Origin: Pseudomonadota bacterium
GTDB lineage: Bacteria > Pseudomonadota > Gammaproteobacteria > Steroidobacterales > Steroidobacteraceae
Direction of reading: 5' to 3'
Assembly: GCA_039931065.1 (NCBI GenBank)
Contig: JBDTSP010000006.1
Span: 126,161 to 190,160, forward strand
Length of the DNA stretch: 64,000 nt
Part shown: piece by piece, positions 19,801 to 26,449 of the stretch
Numbering within the stretch: position 1 is the stretch's first letter
Layout of the letters: each line of letters begins with the position of its first letter
The notes under the pieces: generated by a model
What the model was told of the DNA's origin: nothing
The model's database searches: none
The model's input: the letters and a program-made list of their open reading frames with translations, nothing else
Position numbers and translations under genes: made by a program

Positions 19801-21702
19801 GACGGTCGGGCCGACCGTGTCGATCGCGTAGCTGGCCGAGTAGCTGCCGCTCGCGGCCGGGAACACCGCGTACTCGACGCCCTTGACGTTCATGATCTCG
19901 TAAGTGACGTCGGCGCCGTTGCGCAGCAGGCTGGTGAGGAAACGCGTCCCGGAGCGCCACGGCAACATGCCGGAGAGGCCATTTGCGCCCGTCGCCTGCG
20001 TGACCGTGAAACTGAGCACGTTCGACGTGAAGCTCATCGAGCCGAAGGTCGAATTGCCGCGGCCATCGAGCCAGGTGAGCATCTGCCGGCCGGAGACGAC
20101 CGGAACGTTGCGCGCGAGTGCCGCTTCAACCGTCGTCGTCGACTGGTCCATGAAAGGCTGATCGGTGTGCGCGTTGATCGTGTAGACGCCGTACTGTTCT
20201 TCCGCGCCGGTGGCGCGATCAAGCAGGGTATTCGGGGTGAACGGGTATTGCTGATCGGACTCGTCGGTCATCTGTGTGACCGCCTGGTAGACGTCGATCA
20301 GGCTGCCGTCGAGGTCGGCAAAACGCATCGGCATGGCCGAGCCGGTGAAGTGTCCGGGCGTGTTCTGCACCCAGTCGCCGGGCCAGTAGTAGTAAGACGT
20401 ATCGAGACGGATGCCATTGGCGAGCTGCACTTTCGCGGCCGACGCCCAGTCGCTCCACACGATGCAGTGATGACGTTCGGTGCTGAGCGGCGAGACGCTG
20501 GCGAACTTGTTGAAGAACGCGAGCTTCTGGTCCGTGTATCCCTGCGCGAGCGAGCTCTGTGTGAAGTCCACGCAGGTGCCGCTTTCGAAGGTGTTGACGT
20601 GCAGGCCGATTTCGAACCCTTGTGCCTGGTACGCCGAGGCCTGGGTGTTGGTCAGCGCGCCGTCGGTGAACACGTAGGAAGTGCCGCGGATACATTCCCA
20701 GTTCGCAACGGAGCAGCCCGCGGGGCTCATCGCGAGGAACTGGTCGAAGCGCTGCGCCGTGCCGCCGCCCTGCGCGGTGAACAGGAAGCCGTGGTCATCG
20801 CCGCTCATCAGGACGACCGCGCGATGCGCGTTCGGGAAGTACCAGAAGCGCGGCAACGGCTTGCGGTCCGAATTCATGTCGGTGATCAGGTTTGCGAGGA
20901 AGCGCTGCTGTTCGTCGGCCTGCGGAATCGCGACCTTGCTGCGATTGATCCAGTCAGGCTGCGGATCGCTGGCCGACGCGCCGAAGAACATGTCGTCGGA
21001 GCGGCGCGGCGCGATGCCGTCGCGTTCCTGGCCTACCCAGGCCGGATTGCCCTGGCGCGTGTAAACGATGGAAGTCGCGAGGTCGAACATGAAAGCCGCG
21101 GCCTGGCCACCGCTCGCGCCGACGCTGCGCAGCGTGACCGCGGGGTTGGCGGTAGCGGTCGTCGCGGTCGAATACAAGGTGGCGATCGAGGTCGCCCCGG
21201 CGAGTGTGCTCAGCTGGGCACTGCCATGGAACTGCAGCGTCTGACCGATGATGCCGGCACCGGACTTGGTGGAATTGTCGACAAGTAGATAGCCGTTGGA
21301 GAGCGTCGTCGCTCCCGAATTGATGCCGAGCAGGCTGGCCAGCTGCGGCGCGGGGTCCATCGCGATCAGGTTGCCACCGGCGGTTACCCAGGTGCTCAAC
21401 ATCGAAGCCTGGGTGGTCGTGACCGACTGCTTCGAGAGGATCACCACGTCATAGTTATTGAGCGTGCTCGCGGTGACGGCGCCGATTTCGGCGACCGCGA
21501 ATTCGTTGAATCCTTCGGTGCGAAGGATCTCGGCGAAGAACTTGCCGAAGTTCTGATTCCCGTTGGTGATGACCAGAATCGGCCCTCCGGGCCCCTGGTT
21601 CGGATCCGCGTGTGCAGCCCCAAGGGGAGCTGTGATCGCGGCCAAAATCAGCAGCAGGGAACGGGCGAAGTTCTTGATATTCATGTTTTTCAAGGATTCC
21701 AT
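13801..21702 (-). CDS. 2633-aa secreted multidomain protein. Order: N-terminal region of unknown function, 3x Big5/SbsA-type Ig, 3x DUF4082, an N,N-dimethylformamidase-large-subunit-like domain, and 7 further Ig-like domains
   Basis: Single uninterrupted ORF. Signal peptide MNIKNFARSLLLILAAITAPLGAAHA. The internal domain repeats are listed as separate features. There is no PEP-CTERM tail; the protein ends ...TDVLTVTRN. Confidence 0.9.
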   Translation of the reverse strand: MESLKNMNIKNFARSLLLILAAITAPLGAAHADPNQGPGGPILVITNGNQNFGKFFAEILRTEGFNEFAVAEIGAVTASTLNNYDVVILSKQSVTTTQASMLSTWVTAGGNLIAMDPAPQLASLLGINSGATTLSNGYLLVDNSTKSGAGIIGQTLQFHGSAQLSTLAGATSIATLYSTATTATANPAVTLRSVGASGGQAAAFMFDLATSIVYTRQGNPAWVGQERDGIAPRRSDDMFFGASASDPQPDWINRSKVAIPQADEQQRFLANLITDMNSDRKPLPRFWYFPNAHRAVVLMSGDDHGFLFTAQGGGTAQRFDQFLAMSPAGCSVANWECIRGTSYVFTDGALTNTQASAYQAQGFEIGLHVNTFESGTCVDFTQSSLAQGYTDQKLAFFNKFASVSPLSTERHHCIVWSDWASAAKVQLANGIRLDTSYYYWPGDWVQNTPGHFTGSAMPMRFADLDGSLIDVYQAVTQMTDESDQQYPFTPNTLLDRATGAEEQYGVYTINAHTDQPFMDQSTTTVEAALARNVPVVSGRQMLTWLDGRGNSTFGSMSFTSNVLSFTVTQATGANGLSGMLPWRSGTRFLTSLLRNGADVTYEIMNVKGVEYAVFPAASGSYSASYAIDTVGPTVTTRLPAAGATGVASVTPIRATFNESLDPASVTSSTFEVRDAGNALVAGSVAYSASTLSATFTPSSALSSGATYSVTVRGGGSDPRVKDMSGNAMAANATWSFTTASAPTCPCTIFSATDTPAIASDSDVTSVELGLKFTSDVNGFIKGIRFYKGASNTGVHVGTLWSSTGTALAQATFATETASGWQQVLFTTAVPVSAGVTYVASYHAPAGGYSATSGQFTSAGVDNGALHALSTAAAGGNGVYTYAPGSVFPSSTWQGTNYWVDVVFDTTSGGVADTTAPTVTISTPVATPTHSTTVTPLAIGGSASDNVGVTQVSWTNDRGGSGTAAGTTSWTASNITLLSGTNVITVTARDAANNTSTNTLTVTYTPTADTTPPTVTARTPASGATGVALATTVTVGFNEAMSAATISTSSIELRNGVTLVPAAVSYNAATNVATLTPSAALAVNTVYTVTVRGGATDPRVKDVALNALAANDSWSFTTTNSSVTTLTLWPSTTTPATASESDTGAVELGVKFRTDTSGSVAGIRFYKGPSNTGTHVGKLWTSTGTLLAQATFGSETATGWQEVLFSSPVAIDANTTYVASYFAPNGGYSVNANFFASTGVDNGVLHALSDPAAGGNGVYTYGASGGFPTSSFGATNYWVDLVFQNVTGPDTTAPTITLRQPASGATNVALNGAVLVTFSEAMNASTINSSTIELRNAGNTLIPASVSYSGNVATLTPTSALVNSAIYTVTVRGGATDPRVKDAANNALIANDSWSFTTAAAGGPCAANAITAENCLTGNPSSEWDINGAGDASIQGFATQISVNRGGTVQFKVDTNATNYRFDIYRMGYYGGLGARKITTVNPTASLPQNQPNCLTQPSTGLIDCGNWAVSGSWTVPANATSGVYFAKVVRTDTGGASHIAFIVRNDASTSDMVFQTSDTTWQAYNTYGGNSLYVGSPGTNPGRAYKVSYNRPFATRGEAGGQDWVFNAEYPMIRWLESNGYDVTYITGVDTDRAANLLTSHRAFISTGHDEYWSGQQRANVEAARAAGVNMAFFSGNEVFWKTRWENSIDGSGTPYRTLVSYKETHFNGKLDPSAEWTGTWRDPRFSPPSDGGRPENGLTGTVFTVNSGTSAIVIPAAEGKLRLWRGTAAANLTGTNTLTLPNGTLGYEWDSDLDNGARPAGLFRLSDTTVSNVDKLQDFGSTYASDTANHALTMYKHASGARVFGAGTVQWAWGLDANHDRAGTPVSLVMQQATVNLFADMNVQPASLQAGLSAQSPSSDSAAPTVTIIAPVAGANVPQNGLVISGSASDVGGQVAGVEVSTDGGTTWHPATGRGTWSYSWTTPTTGAQTVRVRAVDDSGNLQSSPTTVSFTVGGAACPCSIWPAETPSGGVDADSNSVELGVRFRTSAAGNVTALRFFKHSQNTGTHVGSLWSASGTLLGQVTFAGESASGWQVQTLASPVALTANTDYVVSYHTSSGFYTGDDNYFTTSGVTSGPLLAPQDGSGGSNGLYKYGSSSVFPTDTYNGENYWVDVVFNTSGGSSDTTAPVVTITTPTSATTTTVTSTPFALGGTATDAVGVTLVSWSNNRGGSGNATGTGSWSVSGVVLQSGANILTVTARDAAGNSSADSLTVTYNAPDTTAPSVTITSPTSSATTTVATTPINIGGTASDAVGVTQVAWVNNRGGSGTATGTTAWSASGIVLLTGSNVITVTARDAAGNTSTDILTVTYTPDTTAPVVTITSPTSASSTTVTAASLNLGGTSSDAVGVTQVTWANNRGGSGTASGTTAWTVSGIVLQSGVNVLTVSSRDAAGNTGTDSISVTYNPDTSLPVVTITGPTSATTLAVTASPITLSGTASDNVAVTQVTWVNSRGGSGTATGTTSWSVSNLALQTGSNVLTVTARDAAGNTQTDTLTVTFTDTTRPSITITSPTSNSTRTQTASTITLGGSASDNVAVTQVSWTNNRGGSGNATGTTSWSTGTISVLTGVNILTVTARDAAGNTRTDVLTVTRN
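13804..15210 (-). repeat. five tandem ~94-aa (~282-nt) Ig-like repeats at the C-terminus of the giant protein
   Basis: The unit is DTTAPxVTITxPTSxxTxxVTxxPxxLGGTASDxVGVTQVxWxNNRGGSGxATGTTxWSxSxxxLxxGxNxxTVTARDAAGNxxTDxLTVTY. The DNA-level periodicity is visible, e.g. GTGACCTGCGTGAC near 13965, 14245, 14525, 14810 and 15095. A sixth dispersed copy lies at about 18690-18975. Confidence 0.85.
15216..15708 (-). repeat. DUF4082 copy 3 (approximate bounds)
   Basis: CPCSIWPAE...SVELGVRFRTSAAGNVTALRFFK...GWQVQTL...NYWVDVVFN. Confidence 0.7.
16011..17500 (-). other. N,N-dimethylformamidase large-subunit-like (DUF6605-type) domain of the giant protein (approximate bounds)
   Basis: NYRFDIYRMGYYGG, TWQAYNTYGGNSLY, ISTGHDEYWSGQQR and MAFFSGNEVFWKTRWE are, from memory, typical of this family. 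Confidence 0.6.
17850..18335 (-). repeat. DUF4082 copy 2 (approximate bounds)
   Basis: AVELGVKFRTDTSGSVAGIRFYKGPSNTGTHVGKLW...NYWVDLVFQN. Confidence 0.7.
18985..19473 (-). repeat. DUF4082 copy 1 (approximate bounds)
   Basis: CPCTIFSATD...SVELGLKFTSDVNGFIKGIRFYKGASNTGVHVGTLW...NYWVDVVFD. Confidence 0.7.
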
Positions 21703-21757
21703 TGCGGAAAGTCAGCCAACAGAGAGGGGGGCACAACGTTGTGTCCTACCCCCTCCA

Positions 21758-21773
21758 AGCAAAACCCGCGCCA
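21758..21773 (-). promoter_or_regulatory. sigma-54 -24/-12 promoter (P3) for the giant gene
   Basis: The minus strand reads TGGCGCGGGTTTTGCT, the best match in the window to TGGCACG-N4-TTGCW. The -12 GC is about 57 nt upstream of ATG 21702. Confidence 0.7.
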
Positions 21774-22094
21774 ATGTGAGACCCCCGTCACGGGAACCCC
21801 CCTCCCGACCCTCAAACTGTGAGCCGAATCGCAACCTTAGGTGCCCGCCGCAGGCCCGGCGGGGGCCGACGAGGTCCGGATGGCCCCAGACGGATGCGCG
21901 GCGCGGCAAAGCTGTAAAGTTCTCCGACGCAAAATCGGATGCTTGCCGACTTGCGTCGCGCGATATGTGCAACCGCCAGGTGGCAAGAATTTCGACACAA
22001 ACAAAGTGCCAATCGCGACAAGGTGCGACGCCAATCACATACCTATGCTTCGCGCGCCTTCAACGGCTGGCTAGCACAAACACAAGAGGTTCAA

Positions 22095-22571
22095 ATGCCT
22101 GTAGCTGATTCAGTACAACTTGGCGACAACGTGAAGATCTTTCATCCGTCGCTCGTCAACTTGTATGGCTGCGTCATTGGAAAGGACTCGAAGGTCGGCG
22201 CGTTCGTGGAGATACAGAAAGGCGCGACGATCGGTGAGCGCTGCAAGATTTCCTCGCACACCTTCATTTGTGAAGGCGTCGAAATCGAAAACGAAGTGTT
22301 CGTCGGCCACGGCGTGATGTTCACGAACGATCTGTTTCCGCGCGCTGCGAACCCCGATGGGTCGCTGCAGACGGAAGCGGACTGGAAGGTCGAGAAAACC
22401 GTGGTCAAACGCGGCGCTTCGATCGGCTCCAACGCCACGATTGTCGCCGGCATCACGATCGGCGAGTTCGCGCTGATCGGCGCGGGCGCGGTGGTGACGA
22501 AAGACGTACCGCCCTATGCGGTGGCGGTCGGTGTTCCGGCCAAGGTGATCGGCGATACGCGCAAGCGTTGA
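22095..22571 (+). CDS. left-handed beta-helix N-acetyltransferase of 3-amino sugar nucleotides (WbpD/WlbB/QdtC-like)
   Basis: Hexapeptide repeats and a ...GAGAVVTKDVPPYAVAVGVPAKVIG tail. Start ATG 22095 has RBS AAGAGG. The track start 21939 is an upstream extension. Confidence 0.85.
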   Translation: MPVADSVQLGDNVKIFHPSLVNLYGCVIGKDSKVGAFVEIQKGATIGERCKISSHTFICEGVEIENEVFVGHGVMFTNDLFPRAANPDGSLQTEADWKVEKTVVKRGASIGSNATIVAGITIGEFALIGAGAVVTKDVPPYAVAVGVPAKVIGDTRKR

Positions 22572-22618
22572 GTGGTAGTTAGTCAGGCATTTTTTCAAAG
22601 GGACTCGAGGAACAACAA

Positions 22619-23659
22619 ATGATCAAGATTGGCGTCATCGGCTACGGCTACTGGGGACCGAACCTCGTGCGGACCTTTGCGGAAGCGCAACTGGGCACGA
22701 TCGCCGCCGTCTCAGATCTCGATCCGAAAAAGCTCGCGCTGGTGAACAAGCGTTACCCGGCGGTTCAGACCACTAACGATTTCCAGGACATCCTGCGCAA
22801 CCCCGCGATCGACGCGGTCGCGATCGCGACGCCGGTCAGCACACATTTCGAATTCGCCATGGCCGCCCTCAAGGCAGGCAAACACGTCTGGCTCGAAAAG
22901 CCGATGACGGAAACCTCGCTGCAGGCCCGCAAGCTGGTCGATGAAGCGCACAAGCGCAATCTCATCGTGTTCGTCGACCACACGTTTGTTTATACCGGCG
23001 CCGTCCGCAAGATGGGCGAGGTCATCAAGAGCGGCGATCTCGGCCGCGTCTACTATTACGACTCGATCCGCGTGAACCTGGGACTGTTCCAGCGCGACGT
23101 GAACGTGATCTCCGATCTCGCCGTGCACGATTTCTCGATCCTCGACTACCTGCTCAATGAGCATCCGGTCGCGATCTCGGCGAGCGGCATCAACCACTTC
23201 CCGGGCACGCCCGAGAATCTCGCCTACATCACGCTGTTCTACGATTCGGGCACCATCGCGCACGTCAACGTGAGCTGGCTCGCGCCCGTCAAGGTGCGCC
23301 AGATCCTGCTCGGCGGCAGCAAGAAGATGATCACCTACGACGATCTCGAGCCCTCCGAGAAGGTCAAGATCTACGACAAGGGCATCAGCTTCACCGAGGA
23401 CCCGAAGCAGATCCAGGAAATGCGCGTGGGTTACCGCACCGGCGACATGTGGGCGCCGAAGCTCGACGGCACCGAGGCGCTGCGCCTCGCCGGCGATCAC
23501 TTCATCGATTGCATCATCAACAAGAAAACCCCGCAGACCGACGGAGCGTTGGGCCTGCGCGTGGTCGAACTCATCGAAGCCGCCACCAGCTCCATGCGCG
23601 GCCGCGGCGAAACCGTCTACATCCAGAAAGCACAAGCACCGCAGGAGAAAATAGCGTGA
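22619..23659 (+). CDS. Gfo/Idh/MocA oxidoreductase, sugar-nucleotide 3-dehydrogenase-like (WlbA/WbpB/GnnA-type)
   Basis: MIKIGVIGYGYWGPNLVRTF Rossmann N-terminus and an EKPM motif. It sits between the acetyltransferase and the aminotransferase. Confidence 0.85.
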   Translation: MIKIGVIGYGYWGPNLVRTFAEAQLGTIAAVSDLDPKKLALVNKRYPAVQTTNDFQDILRNPAIDAVAIATPVSTHFEFAMAALKAGKHVWLEKPMTETSLQARKLVDEAHKRNLIVFVDHTFVYTGAVRKMGEVIKSGDLGRVYYYDSIRVNLGLFQRDVNVISDLAVHDFSILDYLLNEHPVAISASGINHFPGTPENLAYITLFYDSGTIAHVNVSWLAPVKVRQILLGGSKKMITYDDLEPSEKVKIYDKGISFTEDPKQIQEMRVGYRTGDMWAPKLDGTEALRLAGDHFIDCIINKKTPQTDGALGLRVVELIEAATSSMRGRGETVYIQKAQAPQEKIA

Positions 23660-24771
23660 TTCCGTTCGTCGACCTGAAAGCCCAATACCTTTCCATCAAG
23701 AAAGAAGTCGATGCCGCAATCCTGAATGTCCTCGACACCTGCCAGTTCACGCTGGGCAGCGAAGTCGCCGCATTCGAAAAGGATTTCGCGGCCTATTCGC
23801 AGGTCAAACACGGCATCGCCGTGAACAACGGCACGAGCGCGCTGCACCTGGCGCTGCTTGCCGCCAACATCGGCGAAGGTGATGAAGTCATCACCGTTCC
23901 GTTCACCTTCGTGGCTTCCGTCGCGGCTATCTACTACTCGAGAGCGACACCGGTGTTCGTCGACATCGACCCGCGCACCTTCACGATGGATCCGGCCAAG
24001 ATTGAAGCGGCCATCACACCCAAGACCAAAGCCATCCTGCCCGTGCACCTGTACGGACAGTGCGCCGACATGGACGCGATCCTCGCGATCGCGAAGAAAC
24101 ACAAGCTGATCGTGATCGAAGACGCCTGCCAGGCGCACGGCGCCGAATACAAGGGCCGGCGCGCGGGCAGCATGGGCGACATGGGCGCCTTCAGCTTCTA
24201 CCCCGGCAAGAATCTCGGCGCGTACGGCGAAGGTGGTCTCGTCTCGACCAGCAACGACGAATACAACCGCACCATCCGCATGCTGCGTGACTGGGGCGCG
24301 GAGAAGAAATATCAGCACGTGCTCAAGGGCTACAACTACCGCATGGAAGGCATCCAGGGTGCCGTCCTCAAGGTGAAGCTCAAGTACCTCGAAGGCTGGA
24401 CCGAAGCGCGCCGCACCGCCGCGGCTAACTACGCGCAGTTCTTTTCGGGCAGCAACGTGCAGACCCCGGAAGCGCTCGCGCACAACCGGCACGTCTTCCA
24501 CATCTACGCCGTGCGCACGACCGAGCGCGCCCTGTGGCAGGAGAAACTGCAGGCGCAGGGAATCTCGACCGGCATCCACTATCCGATCCCCGTGCACCTG
24601 CTGCCCGCGTATGCCGACCTCGGCTACAAGGCTGGCCAGTTCCCGCACTCCGAGCGCGCGGCCAACGAGACTCTCTCGCTGCCCATGTTCCCGGAGATGA
24701 CCGCGCAGCAGTGCCAGACCGTGGCCACCGCGGTGAAGGCGCTGGCGGAAAAGAACGTCGCAGCCGCCTGA
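23656..24771 (+). CDS. DegT/DnrJ/EryC1/StrS family aminotransferase (WbpE/WlbC-like)
   Basis: IPFVDLKAQY..., FYPGKNLGAYGEGG (PLP lysine region). The GTG start at 23656 overlaps the upstream stop (GTGA). Confidence 0.85.
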   Translation: MIPFVDLKAQYLSIKKEVDAAILNVLDTCQFTLGSEVAAFEKDFAAYSQVKHGIAVNNGTSALHLALLAANIGEGDEVITVPFTFVASVAAIYYSRATPVFVDIDPRTFTMDPAKIEAAITPKTKAILPVHLYGQCADMDAILAIAKKHKLIVIEDACQAHGAEYKGRRAGSMGDMGAFSFYPGKNLGAYGEGGLVSTSNDEYNRTIRMLRDWGAEKKYQHVLKGYNYRMEGIQGAVLKVKLKYLEGWTEARRTAAANYAQFFSGSNVQTPEALAHNRHVFHIYAVRTTERALWQEKLQAQGISTGIHYPIPVHLLPAYADLGYKAGQFPHSERAANETLSLPMFPEMTAQQCQTVATAVKALAEKNVAAA

Positions 24772-24796
24772 ACCCAACCTGCAGGAAGCGCATCGC

Positions 24797-25435
24797 GTGA
24801 GTGCCCGTCGGCCGTTGCTGATTTTTCCGTGCAACGGCAACGGGCTCGAAGCGCTCGATTGCCTGGGCGATGAGTTCGAGTGCCTCGGATTCATCGATGA
24901 CACGCCCGGGAAACAACACGCTGGCGCTTATGGCCTGAGCGTATTTCCGCGCTCCGCGCTCGTCGAGATGCGCGACGCGGCGGTGCTCGCGGTGCCCGGC
25001 GGTCCTGCCTCCTACCAGGCGCGCCGCCAGATCATCGCGGGACTTGGGGTCGCGCCCGAGCGCTTCGCGACTGTCATTCACCCGGGCGCGCACGTGTCGA
25101 AGCTCGCCCGGCTTGGCCGCAACGTGCTCGTTATGGCCGGTGCGGTCATCACGAGTAATGCCGAGATCGGCGATCACGTGTGTGTGTTACCGAATACGGT
25201 AATCCACCACGATGTGACGGTCGGCAGCTTTTCGCTGATTGGCGCCAATGTGGCCATCGCGGGCAGCGTCCGGATTGGCGACAATTGCTATGTCGGCAGT
25301 GGCAGCAACGTGAAGAACGGCCTGACCATTGGCGCCCGTGCCTTGATCGGTCTCGGCAGCAACGTGACACGCGACGTGCCCGAGGGCGCTGTCGTCGCAG
25401 GTAATCCTGCGCGGCCTGTCTCGAAGCAAGGATAG
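24797..25435 (+). CDS. NeuD/PglD-family sugar acetyltransferase
   Basis: An N-terminal Rossmann-like region is followed by hexapeptide repeats ending GNPARPV. Confidence 0.8.
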   Translation: MSARRPLLIFPCNGNGLEALDCLGDEFECLGFIDDTPGKQHAGAYGLSVFPRSALVEMRDAAVLAVPGGPASYQARRQIIAGLGVAPERFATVIHPGAHVSKLARLGRNVLVMAGAVITSNAEIGDHVCVLPNTVIHHDVTVGSFSLIGANVAIAGSVRIGDNCYVGSGSNVKNGLTIGARALIGLGSNVTRDVPEGAVVAGNPARPVSKQG

Positions 25436-25474
25436 AGAAATGAATTTGAATGGAATTGTCTTGAGGGATCGCGA

Positions 25475-26449
25475 ATGAAAATCAACGGCTCGAAAATCCT
25501 GGTCACCGGCGGCTGCGGCCTCGTGGGCTCCACCACCATCGACCTGCTGCTGCGCGACTACTCGCCGGCGCAGATCGTGATCATCGACAACCTGAACCGC
25601 GGCACGCTGCACAACGTCGACGAGGCGCTCAAGGATCCGCGCGTCTCGCTGGTCCGCGGCGACATCCGCGACGTCGAGACGATGCACAAGGTCACCGCGG
25701 GAATGGACGCCGTGATTCACATGGCCACGCTGCGTATCACCGCCTGCGCCGCCGAACCGCGCGAAGCGCTGGGCGTGATGTGCGACGGCAGCTTCAACGT
25801 GCTCGAAGCCGCTCAGGCGGCGGGCGTCAAGAAAGTCGTCGCGGCCTCCTCGGCCTCCATTTACGGCCTCGCCGAAGAATTCCCGACGAAAGAAAGCCAT
25901 CACCCCTATGCGAACCGCACCTGGTATGGCGCGAGCAAGATCATGCTCGAGGGCCTGCTGCGTTCGTACAACGACATGTTCAAACTACCGTACGTCGCCT
26001 TGCGCTACTTCAACGTCTACGGCCCGCGCATGGATCTGCACGGCCGCTACACCGAAGTGTTGATCCGCTGGATGGATCGCATCGCGGCCGGACAGCCGCC
26101 GCTGATCCTGGGCGACGGCAAGACCACGATGGACTTCATCTACATCGAAGACGTAGCGCGTTCGAATATCCTCGCGCTCGAATCCGATCTGGCCGATGAC
26201 GTGTTCAACGTCGCGAGCGGCGTCGAGACCAGCCTCAACGATCTGGCGGACGCGCTGCTGCGCGTGATGGGCAGCAAGCTCAAGCCCGAATACGGCCCCG
26301 AGCGCAGCGTCAACCCGGTTTCGCGCCGGCTGGCCTGCACGAAAAAGGCGGCCGAAAAACTCGGCTTCCGCTCGACCATCTCACTCGACGACGGTCTGTC
26401 GCGCCTGGTTGAATGGTGGCGCGCCAACAAAGACCGGATGGCAGCGTAA
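25475..26449 (+). CDS. NAD-dependent epimerase/dehydratase (extended SDR)
   Basis: ILVTGGCGLVGS, YGASK catalytic motif, RYFNVYGPR. Confidence 0.85.
   Translation: MKINGSKILVTGGCGLVGSTTIDLLLRDYSPAQIVIIDNLNRGTLHNVDEALKDPRVSLVRGDIRDVETMHKVTAGMDAVIHMATLRITACAAEPREALGVMCDGSFNVLEAAQAAGVKKVVAASSASIYGLAEEFPTKESHHPYANRTWYGASKIMLEGLLRSYNDMFKLPYVALRYFNVYGPRMDLHGRYTEVLIRWMDRIAAGQPPLILGDGKTTMDFIYIEDVARSNILALESDLADDVFNVASGVETSLNDLADALLRVMGSKLKPEYGPERSVNPVSRRLACTKKAAEKLGFRSTISLDDGLSRLVEWWRANKDRMAA

Noticed and set aside
13804-19815. Regularly spaced direct repeats, checked as a possible CRISPR array or other non-coding repeat array.
   Set aside because: The repeats are ~282 nt protein-domain units within one continuous ORF, with diverged sequence and no short spacers. 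They are coding Ig-like and DUF4082 repeats.
15556-21288. Plus-strand ORFs 15556..17169 (537 aa) and 18916..21288 (790 aa) inside the giant gene.

The same judgement applies elsewhere to 5646..6746, 7639..8817, 22712..23635, 23617..24903, 26140..27633, 28462..29655, 37511..39199, 41224..42684, 42666..44372 and 61713..63389.
   Set aside because: All lie antisense to, or out of frame with, genes that have clear family hallmarks. Their sequences are low-complexity and Arg/Asp/Gly/His-rich. None has an RBS or domain signature.
21703-21718. A second sigma-54-like match, TGGCTGACTTTCCGCA, on the minus strand.
   Set aside because: Its -12 element abuts the ATG at 21702, leaving no room for a transcript start and RBS. 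The stronger site at 21758-21773 is well placed.
21904-21940. GGCAAAGC ... ACGCAAAA resembling the two conserved GCAAA blocks of a GEMM-I c-di-GMP riboswitch.
   Set aside because: The spacing between the blocks is too short. There is no GNRA-tetraloop hairpin or receptor helix between or after them.
21981-21996. TGGCAAGAATTTCGAC as a plus-strand sigma-54 promoter for the 22095 operon.
   Set aside because: The -12 position reads CG rather than GC, and it is about 100 nt from the start codon. The sequence fits better as a 7/8 variant of the TGTM-N9-GACR motif.
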